DNA from: an uncultured Clostridia bacterium
GTDB taxonomy: Bacteria; Bacillota; Clostridia; Christensenellales; UBA1242
Length of the DNA: 61,419 nucleotides
Assembly (NCBI GenBank): GCA_947630405.1
Contig: CANRHL010000003.1
Coordinates: forward strand, 1 to 61,419
Reading direction: 5' to 3'
Made by a program: the position numbers and the translations under genes
In this document: positions 49,901 through 60,640 of the stretch, one piece after another
How positions within the stretch are numbered: the first letter of the stretch is position 1
How the letters are laid out: every line of letters begins with the position of its first letter
The notes under the pieces: generated by a model
The model's database searches: none
What the model saw: the letters and a program-made list of their open reading frames with translations, nothing else
What the model was told of the DNA's origin: nothing

Positions 49901-50315
49901 AATGGACATTGCTCTACCTAGCAAAATACCTTATTCGTTCATTGAAAACGAGGCAGAAAGGCTTAAAGTTATTGCCAAAATTTCTAACATTGAAAATAAA
50001 GATATTGCCCGCTCAGTTTTAAACGACTTATTAAAAGAATATGGCAAACTGCCAAGTAAAATATATAACCTTACCAACATCGCGCTTTTAAAGGCCTTGG
50101 CGGTAAAGCACAATGTTAAAAACGTAACCATAACCAAAAACAAAATTAGCATAACCTTTTATGAAGATGTTGGCATGGATACCCTGTTAACCAAAGTTAA
50201 CCGCAAAGGGCATTTCAAGTTTGAACACGCTGGGCTTCCAACAATTTCGCTTGACCCTAAAGAATTTAGCGTGCTAACCGCCTTGCAGTTTATGATTGAG
50301 TTTTTTGCCGACTAA
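46974..50315 (+). CDS. mfd: Transcription-repair coupling factor
   Basis: GEFARRGDIIDIF, VVHNVHGIG, DRLICGDVGFGKTEVA, DEEQRFGV, SATPIPRT, QLRGRVGR. Confidence 0.96.
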   Translation: MSGYNSLIENIFTRPIFASNVGVGEAGSILAKLDSGVLICPNSDTANKFKRQLDALNKENVLIDNFSKPFTLAKFQSDDNKYDLIKAQFSLTFSKSIILTTPEILYTPIIDLELFKENVIEINKKDEIDIIELEKKLVNLGYTKVDSVKTKGEFARRGDIIDIFNSVDEAPTRLDFFDTILDDIYEFDFLTFEKLNKKNNIKIAPNKLNLLKNDEKIKILSKINDLKTENNIFFDIYNLVERDEDLPLEFLLPFSSSIKMFCEIDVPIMFYEYFLCEQRINKNYESIFEYIENVFKQKNLIKIYENCKKYLKIDDFLNKFNKKLIFFENLDIEKTELKNKINNYLPLNFHTVNFSNFLNNLVALKKELTSYKDKRIYLCLSNAEILNAIKKIFFKLNINFSLNKNSKGIILTELNIPYNICFADENVFYIGSTNFAHKKEIKKVNKNTIKYLPKAGEYVVHNVHGIGKCDGLVTMNVQGVDKEFFKISYLKGDCLYVPYENADALSLYMADDNSTVRLNKLGGKEFASMKLKAIKSIEDMSKELIELYAKRKKEKGFKYDEDDYLYLEFESAFEYEETADQLQAIADVKRDMISGKVMDRLICGDVGFGKTEVAMRALFKVVEAGKQVAILAPTTVLSLQHYQNVKNRCEKFGVSVEMLNRFRTTKQQKEILSNLSSGKLNVVCGTHRLLSNDVKFADLGLLILDEEQRFGVKAKEQIKQMKLNVDVLSLSATPIPRTLSMSLMNIRDISIINTPPVNRLPIKTYVLAYNDEIVSSAINDEINRGGQVLVVYNNIDKIYAFKENLRRIVNNENAHFDVAHGQMPEHELEKAVERLYNKETNVFVSTTLIENGIDLPKANTLIVVESDRLGLSQMYQLRGRVGRSNEQAYAYFTYAKNKVLTEEASSRLQAIAENTELGSGFKIAMRDLQIRGAGELLGKVQHGHIVKIGYDMYLRLLNETIRRLSGEKVEIEREIKMDIALPSKIPYSFIENEAERLKVIAKISNIENKDIARSVLNDLLKEYGKLPSKIYNLTNIALLKALAVKHNVKNVTITKNKISITFYEDVGMDTLLTKVNRKGHFKFEHAGLPTISLDPKEFSVLTALQFMIEFFAD

Positions 50316-50444
50316 GGCAAAAACCCTTGCTTTTTATAACTTTTTAAGTTATAATAGTTGTTGTTTTAAAATTTTTATTGTATTTTATTAACACCTAAAA
50401 GATATAAAAAAACAAATTTTGGCAAAAATTGAAACGGAGATATT

Positions 50445-52340
50445 ATGAAAAAATTTACAGCAGTTATATTGTGTTTACTTATGATTGTAACATTAAGCCT
50501 TTCGGGTTGTGCAGGTTTTTCAATTAACCCGGTTAAATATTATAACGAAGTGGTTGCCCGTGTTGGCGAAACTAACATCACTCGTTTTGAACTTGTTAAC
50601 GCTTACAACAGTTATGGCAGCACCTACTATAGCACCCAACAAGGCTTAAGCGAAAGTGAAGCGATGGACAAAACGCTAGATTTATTAATTAATCGTGAAA
50701 TTTTATATCAATATGCCACCGCAAATAACGATAAATTTAAGCCAAACGCTTATCAAATGAACGATTTATTCCAAAGCATGTATGATTCTTTTGAAAGCCA
50801 GATGGACGGATTTGTATCCACCGCTAAAAAGATTTACAATATTAAAACCGAAAGCAATTCAAGCACCACAACGGACGAAACAGAAGAAGAAACAAATTAT
50901 CCGCTTTCAAATTACTATTATATATTTAACGGCAACGTTCCAAGGGCAAACGGCAAAAACACAGACGGCAGCACAAAATATGAAAACACACTTGTAAACT
51001 ATTCAAAAAGGCGTGCCGAAGTTGACGAAAACGGCAAGTTAAAATACACTTATGTTCAACCTTCTTCAGTTGACGATATTATTAGGGACGATAAAGAAAT
51101 CGTTTTAGGCAATGCTTATGTTGGATATTTAAACGATTACACCACCGTTAACCTTGACGAAGTTATTAAAGTTTTCTTCAATAAATATAAACAAAAATTA
51201 ACCGAAAATGAAGAGGCAAAAAATGTTGACAATTTATTAAATAAAGCAAAAAGTTTGTTTGCAGATAATTTAATGGATTATGAATATTATCTTAGAGATG
51301 CAAACAACAAACCTTACAATAAAGTTACAGACGATTTAATAAAAAGATATTTTGAAAGAAGTTATGATAGTCAACTTAAATCTCAATATTTAACTAATAT
51401 AAGAACAGAATATTTGGCAAGGCCAGAAAATTTGGATGTTAACGAACTAATTAAACGCTTTAAAAAGATGGAAGCAAAAGATTATAATCAATATTGGGAT
51501 GATGGTTCTAAAAACCACATGAACAATTACCAAGAGGCAATTAAAAACATTGGCACAAAAGGCGACACAATTCTTTATCACCCAGATTTAGGCAACAAAA
51601 CAAGCATTAAATATGGTTACTTTATTCACACGCTTTTAAATTTCAGCGACACTCAGTCAACAATTAGCGAACGCGACCCTTACACCGGCAAAGTCGTTAG
51701 GGACGATGTTACACTAGACGAAGTTATGGCAGAATATAGCAACATTTATAATAAAAACGCTTCGTATGAGGCTAAACTTGATGAGTTCATTTGGTTTATG
51801 TTCAAATACACGGGCGATGCAGAGTCCACTTTGGTTTCTGGCATGCCTTATGTTGTTGGCTACGATTATGACCTTGACGAAACCACCGCAACAGATGAAG
51901 AAATTAATGCATATAGTGCAATGGCGGTTGAGTTCACAAAAGAAGCCGGCAAAATTATGAAAGACGGCATTAGGGGCACAATGAGTGCGGACGATATTGA
52001 AAATGTTTGCCGAACACAATATGGCATTCACCTATTATTCTACGTTGGCGATGTTGGCGATTTTGATGTTGAACACAATTTTGCTGACGATGCATATATT
52101 GCCAAAACAAACAAAGAAAATAGTTTGGGTGAAAATCTTTACACAAAAGTAATTAACCCTCTAACAAACGAAACATATTTTGATTTATTGTTCGATTTGG
52201 TTTATCCTGCATCTAGCGAAATTGAGACTTACTCTTCTAACAACGGATATTCTGAATATGAAGATAGTTTAATTTTCAACAATTTCAAAGATGTTTACAA
52301 ATATGGCACAAAAATTAGTAACACTCAAGCAAGATTATAA
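50445..52340 (+). CDS. PrsA/SurA-like lipoprotein foldase (enlarged, divergent)
   Basis: Lipobox LSGC; VVARVGETNIT..LDLLINREILYQYA (SurA-N-like); RTQYGIHLL parvulin remnant; sits after mfd, the usual prsA position. Confidence 0.65.
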   Translation: MKKFTAVILCLLMIVTLSLSGCAGFSINPVKYYNEVVARVGETNITRFELVNAYNSYGSTYYSTQQGLSESEAMDKTLDLLINREILYQYATANNDKFKPNAYQMNDLFQSMYDSFESQMDGFVSTAKKIYNIKTESNSSTTTDETEEETNYPLSNYYYIFNGNVPRANGKNTDGSTKYENTLVNYSKRRAEVDENGKLKYTYVQPSSVDDIIRDDKEIVLGNAYVGYLNDYTTVNLDEVIKVFFNKYKQKLTENEEAKNVDNLLNKAKSLFADNLMDYEYYLRDANNKPYNKVTDDLIKRYFERSYDSQLKSQYLTNIRTEYLARPENLDVNELIKRFKKMEAKDYNQYWDDGSKNHMNNYQEAIKNIGTKGDTILYHPDLGNKTSIKYGYFIHTLLNFSDTQSTISERDPYTGKVVRDDVTLDEVMAEYSNIYNKNASYEAKLDEFIWFMFKYTGDAESTLVSGMPYVVGYDYDLDETTATDEEINAYSAMAVEFTKEAGKIMKDGIRGTMSADDIENVCRTQYGIHLLFYVGDVGDFDVEHNFADDAYIAKTNKENSLGENLYTKVINPLTNETYFDLLFDLVYPASSEIETYSSNNGYSEYEDSLIFNNFKDVYKYGTKISNTQARL

Positions 52341-52395
52341 AAAGGCCGATGGCCTTTTTTTGTATAAATTTTAAACTAACGCAAAAACTAAAAAT

Positions 52396-52908
52396 ATGAA
52401 AAACGTATCAAGTTATAAAATTATAATTGCAACCCTCATTTTGCTTGTGCTAGGGTCAATGTTTATGGGGTTAAGTTTGGCTTATTTTTCTAACCATGAA
52501 AGTCTTAAAAAAGCAAACACCCCAATTGAAATTGTAGCAACCGATTTAGGTGCAACGGCATACTCGGTTGAACTAACAGAGAACTCTAACAAATTAAATT
52601 TAAAAATTAAAACGCCAGAAAATTTAAAATCCAATTTAATGCGCGTTAAATTCAATTTAAACAACGGGCAGAACGCAAACACCGAGTTAGATGAAAGGTG
52701 GCAGCAAGGCGTTGATAACTATTACTATTACACTGGCCAAGTTAAAGATAATCAAACAATAGATTTTAATCCCACCATTAATGTGGATGATAAAAATGAA
52801 AAATTAAACATTATTGTTGAAACAAATATTGACGAAAATTTAATTATGCAACAAAATTTTCATGAAACTAATTTAATGAAAAAAACGGACGATGAGGTCC
52901 GTTTTTAG
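52396..52908 (+). CDS. Exported protein with SipW-type signal peptide
   Basis: Hydrophobic leader ending SLAYFS; WQQGVDNYYYY motif. Confidence 0.6.
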   Translation: MKNVSSYKIIIATLILLVLGSMFMGLSLAYFSNHESLKKANTPIEIVATDLGATAYSVELTENSNKLNLKIKTPENLKSNLMRVKFNLNNGQNANTELDERWQQGVDNYYYYTGQVKDNQTIDFNPTINVDDKNEKLNIIVETNIDENLIMQQNFHETNLMKKTDDEVRF

Positions 52909-52911
52909 TTT

Positions 52912-53511
52912 CTACTTATCTCCTAATGAAATGTAATCATTAGGGTCTACTTTAACGCCGTTTAACACGGTTTCCAAATGCAAATGTGCGCCGCTATTAA
53001 GTTCATATTGCATGCTATCTGTTGCCGTGCCGATAACGCTTCCGCCTGAAACTCTATCCCCCACCTTAACATTAACTTTTGAATCTAGCGATTTGTAAAT
53101 AGAAACCAAGCCGTTAGCGTGCGCAATTTTAATTACGGTGCCATCAAGATTTGTGGTGTAAATTTCAGAAACTGTGCCATCTGCAATTGCCATAACATCT
53201 GCACTCTCTCCCACTTTTAAATCAATTGCTTTGTGAATTTCCCAATGTTTCATGGTGTCGTTAAATTGATATTCTGTTTTAGAATAATCCTTTAACAAAA
53301 CCGCACCTTTCATTGGAACAAAATAAGTAGGTGTAGAAACTGTTATATCGCTTTCCTCTCCACCGCCAACATCTGCCACATTGTTTGTTGTTTGTTTTGC
53401 GCTAACCATTGCAATAACAATTGCGCACGCAATAACCAACAAGCCAATAATAACGGCATAAATTGTGGTGGTAATTATCTTTTTCTTTTGTGGAGATTTG
53501 GTACTATTCAT
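52912..53511 (-). CDS. M23 peptidase, SpoIIQ-like
   Basis: N-terminal TM, HKAID, HLH, VDP; adjacent to ywmB; RBS AGGAGG. Confidence 0.75.
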   Translation of the reverse strand: MNSTKSPQKKKIITTTIYAVIIGLLVIACAIVIAMVSAKQTTNNVADVGGGEESDITVSTPTYFVPMKGAVLLKDYSKTEYQFNDTMKHWEIHKAIDLKVGESADVMAIADGTVSEIYTTNLDGTVIKIAHANGLVSIYKSLDSKVNVKVGDRVSGGSVIGTATDSMQYELNSGAHLHLETVLNGVKVDPNDYISLGDK

Positions 53512-53591
53512 ATTGCCTCCTAGCAAAATGTTAGACCAAAATTTTTTGTTTATACAATTTTTTTTAAAATTGTTTTCGTCTGTTGGCTAAT

Positions 53592-54011
53592 TTAAAAACT
53601 TCCTAAAATGAGCGGCCAGCCAATAACCGAATAATTTTCATAATGTGCAATTTGCAAATTTACTTTTTCATTTTCTAATGTAACATTTTTATTAATTAAC
53701 GAAGAAAAAGCGTAAATCACCACCGCGCCATTTTCTAAAACTTCGGTTTTAATAATTTTTGCATTAAGTGTTTTTATTGCACTAATCGGTTCAAAGTTTT
53801 TTATAACCATACTTTCGCCAATTATATCTTTATTAATAACTTTGCCCTTATTCATATAACAAAAACCAAGAAATATGTAATTTTCACTTGCTGGTTTTTC
53901 GGTGTAAGCATAATACTCGCCCGAAAAATAATCGGTTAGTGAAAAACTTTGTTTTGGCGTGCCGGATATAAGTATAAAAAACAAGGCTAAACAAACCATT
54001 AACTTTTTCAT
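53592..54011 (-). CDS. YwmB family protein
   Basis: Signal peptide; IYAFSSLI...KVNLQIA...IGWPLILGSF C-terminal pattern. Confidence 0.7.
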   Translation of the reverse strand: MKKLMVCLALFFILISGTPKQSFSLTDYFSGEYYAYTEKPASENYIFLGFCYMNKGKVINKDIIGESMVIKNFEPISAIKTLNAKIIKTEVLENGAVVIYAFSSLINKNVTLENEKVNLQIAHYENYSVIGWPLILGSF

Positions 54012-54040
54012 AATGTAAATTATTAACAAGTTTTTTTGTT

Positions 54041-54973
54041 TTAAACGCCAAAGATATTATACAAATATAAATTAAACAAAAAATCGTTAGATTGTTTTAA
54101 ATAATCTTTAACTTTTAAAATAATTTTATCCACATCCGCCCTTTTAATTGAACTAAAAAACCAGTTTAAATTTTTAAGCGTTTCGTCAATTTGAAAAATT
54201 AAATTATTTAAATTTACACTATTCAATTTAATTAACTCAATTAAAGTGTTGTTTGTTGACTGCGCATAAAATTTGTCAATCAATGCTTCGTCATTTTGTG
54301 TTGCCTTATAACAATCAACCAACCCTAAATTGTTTTTGTAAATTGCATAAACAAGCGTTTTAATTGCCGAAATTAAAACTAAATCCACAACAGGCAAAAA
54401 TTCAACACTTATGTTACATTGCTTTAAAATTTTTAAATCGACAAAATTAATTTCGCTTGCATTTAAAAGTTTTAAAATTTCAGATTGCGTTATGTTGGAT
54501 AATTTAAACATTTCATCATCTTTAATTTGCCCCACAATTAAGCCGTTAATATAATCGTAAAGTTTATTAAACATAATGCTTGTTTCAATTGAAATATCTA
54601 TGTTGTTCGACATTAAAAAAAGATAATCGCCAAGCTTGTTCAATTTAAAGTTGTTAGAATAAAACGGCAAGACAAAATCGGTTGTTGGCAAAAAAATATT
54701 TATAAAATCGGTTAGTTCAATATCTAAGTGCAAAAAACTATCTGCACTCATTAAATATATAATTAATTTGTAGCCGTTATTAATTTCGTTATAGTCCAAA
54801 ACATCGGTGTTCATTTTATTATAAATGCACACGCCTTTTATGGCATCAATTATTGATGCAATTTGACCATTACTTGCCGAATTATCATAAAGCAACATCA
54901 CCTTTTGATATTTTGCGCGCACTTCAACAATTTGTTTTAAGTTTTCTAAAAAATCTTGCTTAACAACTTCCAT
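54041..54973 (-). CDS. Hypothetical protein
   Basis: 310-aa ORF with host-like codon usage. Confidence 0.75.
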   Translation of the reverse strand: MEVVKQDFLENLKQIVEVRAKYQKVMLLYDNSASNGQIASIIDAIKGVCIYNKMNTDVLDYNEINNGYKLIIYLMSADSFLHLDIELTDFINIFLPTTDFVLPFYSNNFKLNKLGDYLFLMSNNIDISIETSIMFNKLYDYINGLIVGQIKDDEMFKLSNITQSEILKLLNASEINFVDLKILKQCNISVEFLPVVDLVLISAIKTLVYAIYKNNLGLVDCYKATQNDEALIDKFYAQSTNNTLIELIKLNSVNLNNLIFQIDETLKNLNWFFSSIKRADVDKIILKVKDYLKQSNDFLFNLYLYNIFGV

Positions 54974-55136
54974 AAAAATATTTTATCAAATTTAATTAGA
55001 GAGAAACGATACAAATATTAATAAAAACAAACAAATTTGTCGAATTTTGCCATATAAATTTGTTGTTTTTGCATTTAGTTTATAAAAATACTTTACTAAA
55101 AATAAATATTTTGATAAAATTATAATGGAGGCAGAA

Positions 55137-55364
55137 ATGGAAGATAAAATAATTAGTTTAATTGCCGAAAAATTAGGTAAAAAGAAAAATGAAATAACCC
55201 TAAAAACCAACCTTGTTGAAGATTTAGGTGCAGATAGTTTGGATGTGGTTGAATTGGTTATGGCGTTTGAAGATGAATTTGGCGTTAGCTTGCCAGATGA
55301 AGATGTTTCTAAAATGAAAACAGTTAAAGATATTATCGATTACATAAACAAAATAAAAAAATAG
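55137..55364 (+). CDS. acpP: Acyl carrier protein
   Basis: DLGADSLDVVELVMAFEDEF; RBS GGAGG before ATG 55137. Confidence 0.95.
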   Translation: MEDKIISLIAEKLGKKKNEITLKTNLVEDLGADSLDVVELVMAFEDEFGVSLPDEDVSKMKTVKDIIDYINKIKK

Positions 55365-55383
55365 GCGTTATTGCCTATTTTTT

Positions 55384-55989
55384 TTATCTCTTAAAACCAG
55401 CATCGGACAAATATGTGTACAACTCAGAGAAATCTGCATTAATTGAATAATATTTATGATATTGCAATTTGCTTCCATTGTTTGGCCTATAGTTATTTCC
55501 GTTATCGTCTTTTTGCGGTATTACATAAGCCTTAATGGTTTCGCTTTTTTCAGTAATTTCAAAGCATATTTGTGCATATAAATATTCATTTCCGTTTTCA
55601 TCTTTAAAGGCTTTATCTCCATCCATTAATGTTTGCGGATTTCCTTCCTTATATTTATAACAAACATAATAAGATGACGCGTTAGATGGAACTGAAGTTA
55701 ACTTTTCATTTTCGTCAACAAGAACAGGTTTATCGTTTAGTCTTCCTTCGAAAAGGGCGTTTAAAATTTTATCGTCTGTTGCCTTGTTAATTAACTCAAT
55801 AATTTTGTTAAAATCATCGTTTGTTGCCGACCTTGCGGTTGTTTCCGTTCCGCCATAATAAACTTCAATATAATCCGGCTTGTTGTGTTTGAAATTGTGG
55901 CTAAATGGAATATTTGCCAATACTATTGTTGCCACCACCAAAATGCCAATTAAACTTAAACTAATAATTGCTATTATTTTTTTTGCCAT
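55384..55989 (-). CDS. Membrane-anchored or secreted hypothetical protein
   Basis: N-terminal hydrophobic helix; RBS AGGAG. Confidence 0.75.
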   Translation of the reverse strand: MAKKIIAIISLSLIGILVVATIVLANIPFSHNFKHNKPDYIEVYYGGTETTARSATNDDFNKIIELINKATDDKILNALFEGRLNDKPVLVDENEKLTSVPSNASSYYVCYKYKEGNPQTLMDGDKAFKDENGNEYLYAQICFEITEKSETIKAYVIPQKDDNGNNYRPNNGSKLQYHKYYSINADFSELYTYLSDAGFKR

Positions 55990-56035
55990 AAACATCTCCT
56001 ATTTTTATTTTATCAAATTGAATTAATAAAATCAA

Positions 56036-58339
56036 CTATTTATCCGACTTGTCATCTTTTTTTCGGGTTTTCTTTTTTGTGTCCTTTTTCTCTTCGCTTT
56101 TTTCTTCTTTTGGCGAAGTTTCGGTTTCTTTAGTTTCCTTTTTTTCTTTGCTTTCGGCTTCTTTAGTTTCTTTTTTCTCTTTTATTTCACTTTCTTTTTC
56201 GGCTTTTTGCTCGCCTTCTTGTTTTTCATTTTCGGTTAATGCTTTCAATTCTTTTTCTGCCTCATTAATGATGTTATCGTGCGCTTGTTTTGTAATCATG
56301 CCTGCCTTTAAATATGCGTTTGCGGTTTCAATTCTCAACTTTATATCACGCATTTTGCGTTCCATAGTTGCTTGCTTTTTAGCACGTTCTTGATATTCCC
56401 TTTTCTCTTTTTCTTTTTTATCAATTGCCTTTTCAACTTCTTCAACACTTGCGCCGTTATAAATCATTTCAAATTCTTCTCTATAAATTGTTTCTTTTTC
56501 AAGCAGAATTTGCTCAACTTTTTCAATAACCTCTTTTTTGCTTAACAAAATTTCTTTTGCTCTCTTGTGCGCGGCATCAACAATTTTTCTAACTTCCTCG
56601 TCAATTTCTTTTGCAAGTTCTTGCCCATATGGCACTTGACGTTGATAATCTCTTCCCACAAAAATTTCTTCGCCTTCACCAAAACTAATAAGCCCAAATT
56701 TATCACTCATGCCCCACTCTGCCACCATTTTTCTTGCAACTTTGGTTGCACGTTCAATGTCGTTTGAGGCGCCGGCGGTTATATCGTTAAGCATAATTTC
56801 TTCTGCGCTTCTGCCACCAAGCATCATGGTGATGCTATCCAACAACTTCTGCTTGGTTAAATGAGTGCTATCCTTTTCGTCAAGGGTTAAGGTGTAGCCA
56901 CCTGCATTGCCACGCGGAATAATAGAAATTTCTTGCACATTATCGCAATTAGGCAGGCTTTGTGCAATTATTGCGTGGCCAGATTCGTGAATTGCAGTGA
57001 TTTTTCTATCGCTTTCGTTAATGTGTGCCGAAACTTTTTTAGGCCCCATCAACACTTTATTTAAACCTTCTTGAATATCCACCATTGTTATTTTATAGCG
57101 ATTATCTCGCGCCGTTAAAAGTGCTGCCTCGTTAAGCATGTTTTCAATATCCGCACCGGCAAGCCCGCTTGTTAGCCTTGCAATGCGCTTAAAGTCAACA
57201 TCATCACTTAAAGGCTTATTTTTAGAGTGAACTTTTATAATTTCTTCCCTACCTTTAACATCTGGCAAATGAACATAAACTTGCCTATCAAAACGTCCTG
57301 GGCGTGTCAATGCTGGGTCAAGAATATCAGCGCGGTTTGTTGCTGCAAGCACAATTATGCCGCTATTTGTTTCAAAGCCATCCATCTCAACAAGCAATTG
57401 GTTTAAGGTCTGCTCGCGTTCGTCATTTCCGCCACCTAAACCTGCACCACGTTGCCTACCAACCGCATCAATTTCATCTATAAACACAATGCATGGTGAA
57501 CTTGCCTTGGCGTTTTCAAACAAATCTCTAACACGGCTTGCTCCAACACCAACATAAAGTTCAACGAAATCGCTACCGCTCATGCTGAAGAAAGGCACTT
57601 TGCTCTCTCCCGCAACCGCTTTTGCAAGCAGGGTTTTACCCGTTCCCGGTGGGCCAACCAGCAGCACGCCTTTAGGTATGCGCGCACCCAATTCGGTATA
57701 TCTTGATGGGTTCTTTAAAAACTCCACAATTTCTTGTAGTTCTTGTTTTTCCTCGTCTGCACCGGCGACATCGCTAAATTTAACGTTAGACGAAACAACC
57801 AACCTTGCCTTAGACTTGCCAAAACCAAAGCCCTTTGAACTGCCCGACATTGCCCTAAACAACATTATGCCAATTATAACAATTAACACAACGCTAACAT
57901 AAGGCATTATTGTGCTTAACCAAGATTCTTGCTCGTAAGAATAGTTTGCTTCAATTAATTTTGCGCCTTCTTTAACCTTAATTGAGCCATCTGCATTAAA
58001 TTGAACGTTGTTTTCAGCATCTAAATCGTACAAACTCTCGTTATATTTATCAATAAAAGCGGTAAGTTCGTTAACGCTCATAAATGTGCAATAGCAATCG
58101 TTTAGCCTTGGAAAATCATCCTCACTAACGCCATCTTTAAGCCTAATTCTAACAGTGTAGCCATAAACGTCAATTTCTTCAACTTTGCCGGCATACACTT
58201 GGTTTTGGAATTCGGTGTAGGAGATTTGTTTTCCGCTATTATTTCTGCCCGCCACCCAGTAAATAAGCAGTGCCACCACGGCAAAAATAAGGATATATAT
58301 TAATAAAGATTTCCACGGGCTGCCTTTTTTCTTTTCCAT
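56036..58339 (-). CDS. ftsH: ATP-dependent zinc metalloprotease FtsH
   Basis: Two TM helices, [26 protein letters not shown]; charged C-tail; RBS GAGGTG. Confidence 0.97.
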   Translation of the reverse strand: MEKKKGSPWKSLLIYILIFAVVALLIYWVAGRNNSGKQISYTEFQNQVYAGKVEEIDVYGYTVRIRLKDGVSEDDFPRLNDCYCTFMSVNELTAFIDKYNESLYDLDAENNVQFNADGSIKVKEGAKLIEANYSYEQESWLSTIMPYVSVVLIVIIGIMLFRAMSGSSKGFGFGKSKARLVVSSNVKFSDVAGADEEKQELQEIVEFLKNPSRYTELGARIPKGVLLVGPPGTGKTLLAKAVAGESKVPFFSMSGSDFVELYVGVGASRVRDLFENAKASSPCIVFIDEIDAVGRQRGAGLGGGNDEREQTLNQLLVEMDGFETNSGIIVLAATNRADILDPALTRPGRFDRQVYVHLPDVKGREEIIKVHSKNKPLSDDVDFKRIARLTSGLAGADIENMLNEAALLTARDNRYKITMVDIQEGLNKVLMGPKKVSAHINESDRKITAIHESGHAIIAQSLPNCDNVQEISIIPRGNAGGYTLTLDEKDSTHLTKQKLLDSITMMLGGRSAEEIMLNDITAGASNDIERATKVARKMVAEWGMSDKFGLISFGEGEEIFVGRDYQRQVPYGQELAKEIDEEVRKIVDAAHKRAKEILLSKKEVIEKVEQILLEKETIYREEFEMIYNGASVEEVEKAIDKKEKEKREYQERAKKQATMERKMRDIKLRIETANAYLKAGMITKQAHDNIINEAEKELKALTENEKQEGEQKAEKESEIKEKKETKEAESKEKKETKETETSPKEEKSEEKKDTKKKTRKKDDKSDK

Positions 58340-58558
58340 ATTCACCTCAATAAAGTATATTATAACAAACAATAAAAAAATAAACAAATAATTTGAATAG
58401 TTTTAATTATATTTTCCTATTATTTAATAATTTATATTAATTGTAAACTAAATTTATTGTCGATTTAAAAATAAAATCAAAAGTTATCAAAAATACTTTA
58501 CAAAAATCTTTACAAATAATTGTGTTTATGCTAAAATAATGGTTGTAGAGGGGGAAAT

Positions 58559-59341
58559 ATGTTATCTACAATTGGTATCATAATTGATTTTGTTATTATT
58601 GCCACGCTTGTAATTGCTGGCATTATTGGCTTTAAACGCGGGTTTTTAAAATCGTTTATTTCTTTATTTAGTTGGGTGGTTTGCCTAATTATTTCTATTT
58701 TGGTTGCAAGGTTTGTTGCAAATTGGATAAACGGCATTTATAACTTCTCCGGCCTTATAGGTGGCAAAATTAGTGAGGGTTTAAGCGGCGTTAATGAGTT
58801 CTTTAACCGCACAGTAAGTTCGTTTGGAACAAAAGATGCTTTAATTGCTGCAATTCCAAGCGACATTAACGGCATGTTGATTATGCTTGTTAAAGCAGTG
58901 TTTAATGGCGTTTCAGATGAAGCCATTGTGGCACAAGAAGGCACTGTTGCAAGCCTGGTTGGTGAAAGTTTAGGTTACATCATAATGGTTGTAATTTCTG
59001 CAATATTGGTGTTCATTATATTGAAAATTGTTATTGCTCTGCTTTCAAAACTATTCGATAACATTGCAAGGACCAAAGTGCTTGGCAGTTTAAATAAAAT
59101 TTTCGGCCTTGTGTTCGGCGTTCTTAAAGCCGCCCTTGTAATTGTGGTTTTAAATGGCATACTTTCTGCACTAACGCTTGTGCCAGCGGTTAACAAAACG
59201 GTTACTCCGCTAGTTCAGGACAACACGCATATTGAAAAAGTTGTGTTTAACCAAACAGATAAATTGGTTGGCAAATATATAATTAACGGCAACATTATTC
59301 AAACCTGGGTAAGCAATTTGTGGAACGGCAGAGGTAAATAA
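58559..59341 (+). CDS. CvpA (colicin V production) family membrane protein
   Basis: IDFVII...GFKRGFLKS; LGSLNKIFGLVFGVLKA. Confidence 0.8.
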   Translation: MLSTIGIIIDFVIIATLVIAGIIGFKRGFLKSFISLFSWVVCLIISILVARFVANWINGIYNFSGLIGGKISEGLSGVNEFFNRTVSSFGTKDALIAAIPSDINGMLIMLVKAVFNGVSDEAIVAQEGTVASLVGESLGYIIMVVISAILVFIILKIVIALLSKLFDNIARTKVLGSLNKIFGLVFGVLKAALVIVVLNGILSALTLVPAVNKTVTPLVQDNTHIEKVVFNQTDKLVGKYIINGNIIQTWVSNLWNGRGK

Positions 59342-59386
59342 AATGAGAACTATCCTTCGGGATAGTTTTATATTAAAAGGATATTT

Positions 59387-60616
59387 ATGAAACTATACGA
59401 AACTTTAAAAGAACGCGGACTACTCTATCAAACAACGGACGAAGAAGGTTTAAAACAACTTCTTAATTCGGGCAAGGTTACAGTTTATTCGGGCACTGAC
59501 CCAACTGCCGATAGCCTTCACATCGGCCATTGCGTGCCATGCACAATTTTAAGGCGTTTTCAACAGGCTGGCTGCAAGGTTATTGTGCTTGTTGGCGGAG
59601 CAACTGCCGCAATTGGTGACCCTTCTGGCAAAACGGATATGCGCCCAATGCTAACAAAAGAGCAACTTGCAAAAAATGTGGAAGGCATTAAGCGCGCTTA
59701 TGGTAAATTTTTGCGTTTTGACGGGCCAAACCCCGCAATAATTGTTAATAACGCGGATTGGTACAAGGGCTATGATTATGTCAACTTTATGCGTGATGTT
59801 GGCGTGCATTTTAATGTGAACAAAATGATAACCAACGAAATTTACGCAAAGCGCATTGCCGAAGGCGGACTAACCTTCTTTGAAATGGGCTATATGTTAA
59901 TGCAGGCGTATGACTTTTTGTATTTAAACAAAACCTATGGGTGCAATCTCCAATGGGGCGGCGCCGACCAATGGGGAAACATTGTTGCCGGCAGTGAACT
60001 TGGCAGAAAAATGAACGCGCTGGATGGCAAAAATCGAGTTATGCTTGGCGCAACCAACCCACTTTTGCTAACTCCGGAAGGCAAAAAAATGGGCAAAACC
60101 GAAAAGGGCGCAATTTGGATTGATGAGGATAAAATTTCTGCGTACGATTTCTATCAGGGAGTTTATCAAACGCCAGATGCGTGCGTTGAAATGATGTTTG
60201 CCCTATTTACCGACCTAGAAATGAGCGAAGTAAGGGAACTTATTAAAGCCGACATTGTTAAAAGTAAAAAGCGTTTGGCATTTGAAATTACAAAATTTAT
60301 TCGCGGCGAAAAAGACGCAATTGAAGCACAAAATATGAGCGACAATTTGTTTAATAGCCAGCAAATAAATAAAGACAATGCCCCAACCTTTGAAATTGAG
60401 TTAAAAGAAAATACAATTGGCGTTTTAGATTTACTTTTAAATGCAAAATTTGTTTCTTCAAAAGGCGAAGCGCGCAGGTTAATTGAGCAAAACGGCTTGA
60501 GTATGGACGGGCAAACAATAACCGACCCGCAACTTGTTATTGAAAAACAAACTTTAAAGGGCGGCATATTGTTTAAAAAAGGCAAGAAAAATTACCTATT
60601 AATAAAATTAAAATAA
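59387..60616 (+). CDS. tyrS: Tyrosine--tRNA ligase
   Basis: DPTADSLHIGH, QAYDF, GGADQWGNI, KMGKT, C-terminal S4 domain. Confidence 0.97.
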   Translation: MKLYETLKERGLLYQTTDEEGLKQLLNSGKVTVYSGTDPTADSLHIGHCVPCTILRRFQQAGCKVIVLVGGATAAIGDPSGKTDMRPMLTKEQLAKNVEGIKRAYGKFLRFDGPNPAIIVNNADWYKGYDYVNFMRDVGVHFNVNKMITNEIYAKRIAEGGLTFFEMGYMLMQAYDFLYLNKTYGCNLQWGGADQWGNIVAGSELGRKMNALDGKNRVMLGATNPLLLTPEGKKMGKTEKGAIWIDEDKISAYDFYQGVYQTPDACVEMMFALFTDLEMSEVRELIKADIVKSKKRLAFEITKFIRGEKDAIEAQNMSDNLFNSQQINKDNAPTFEIELKENTIGVLDLLLNAKFVSSKGEARRLIEQNGLSMDGQTITDPQLVIEKQTLKGGILFKKGKKNYLLIKLK

Positions 60617-60640
60617 AAAGCACGGAAGGTGCTTTTTTTA

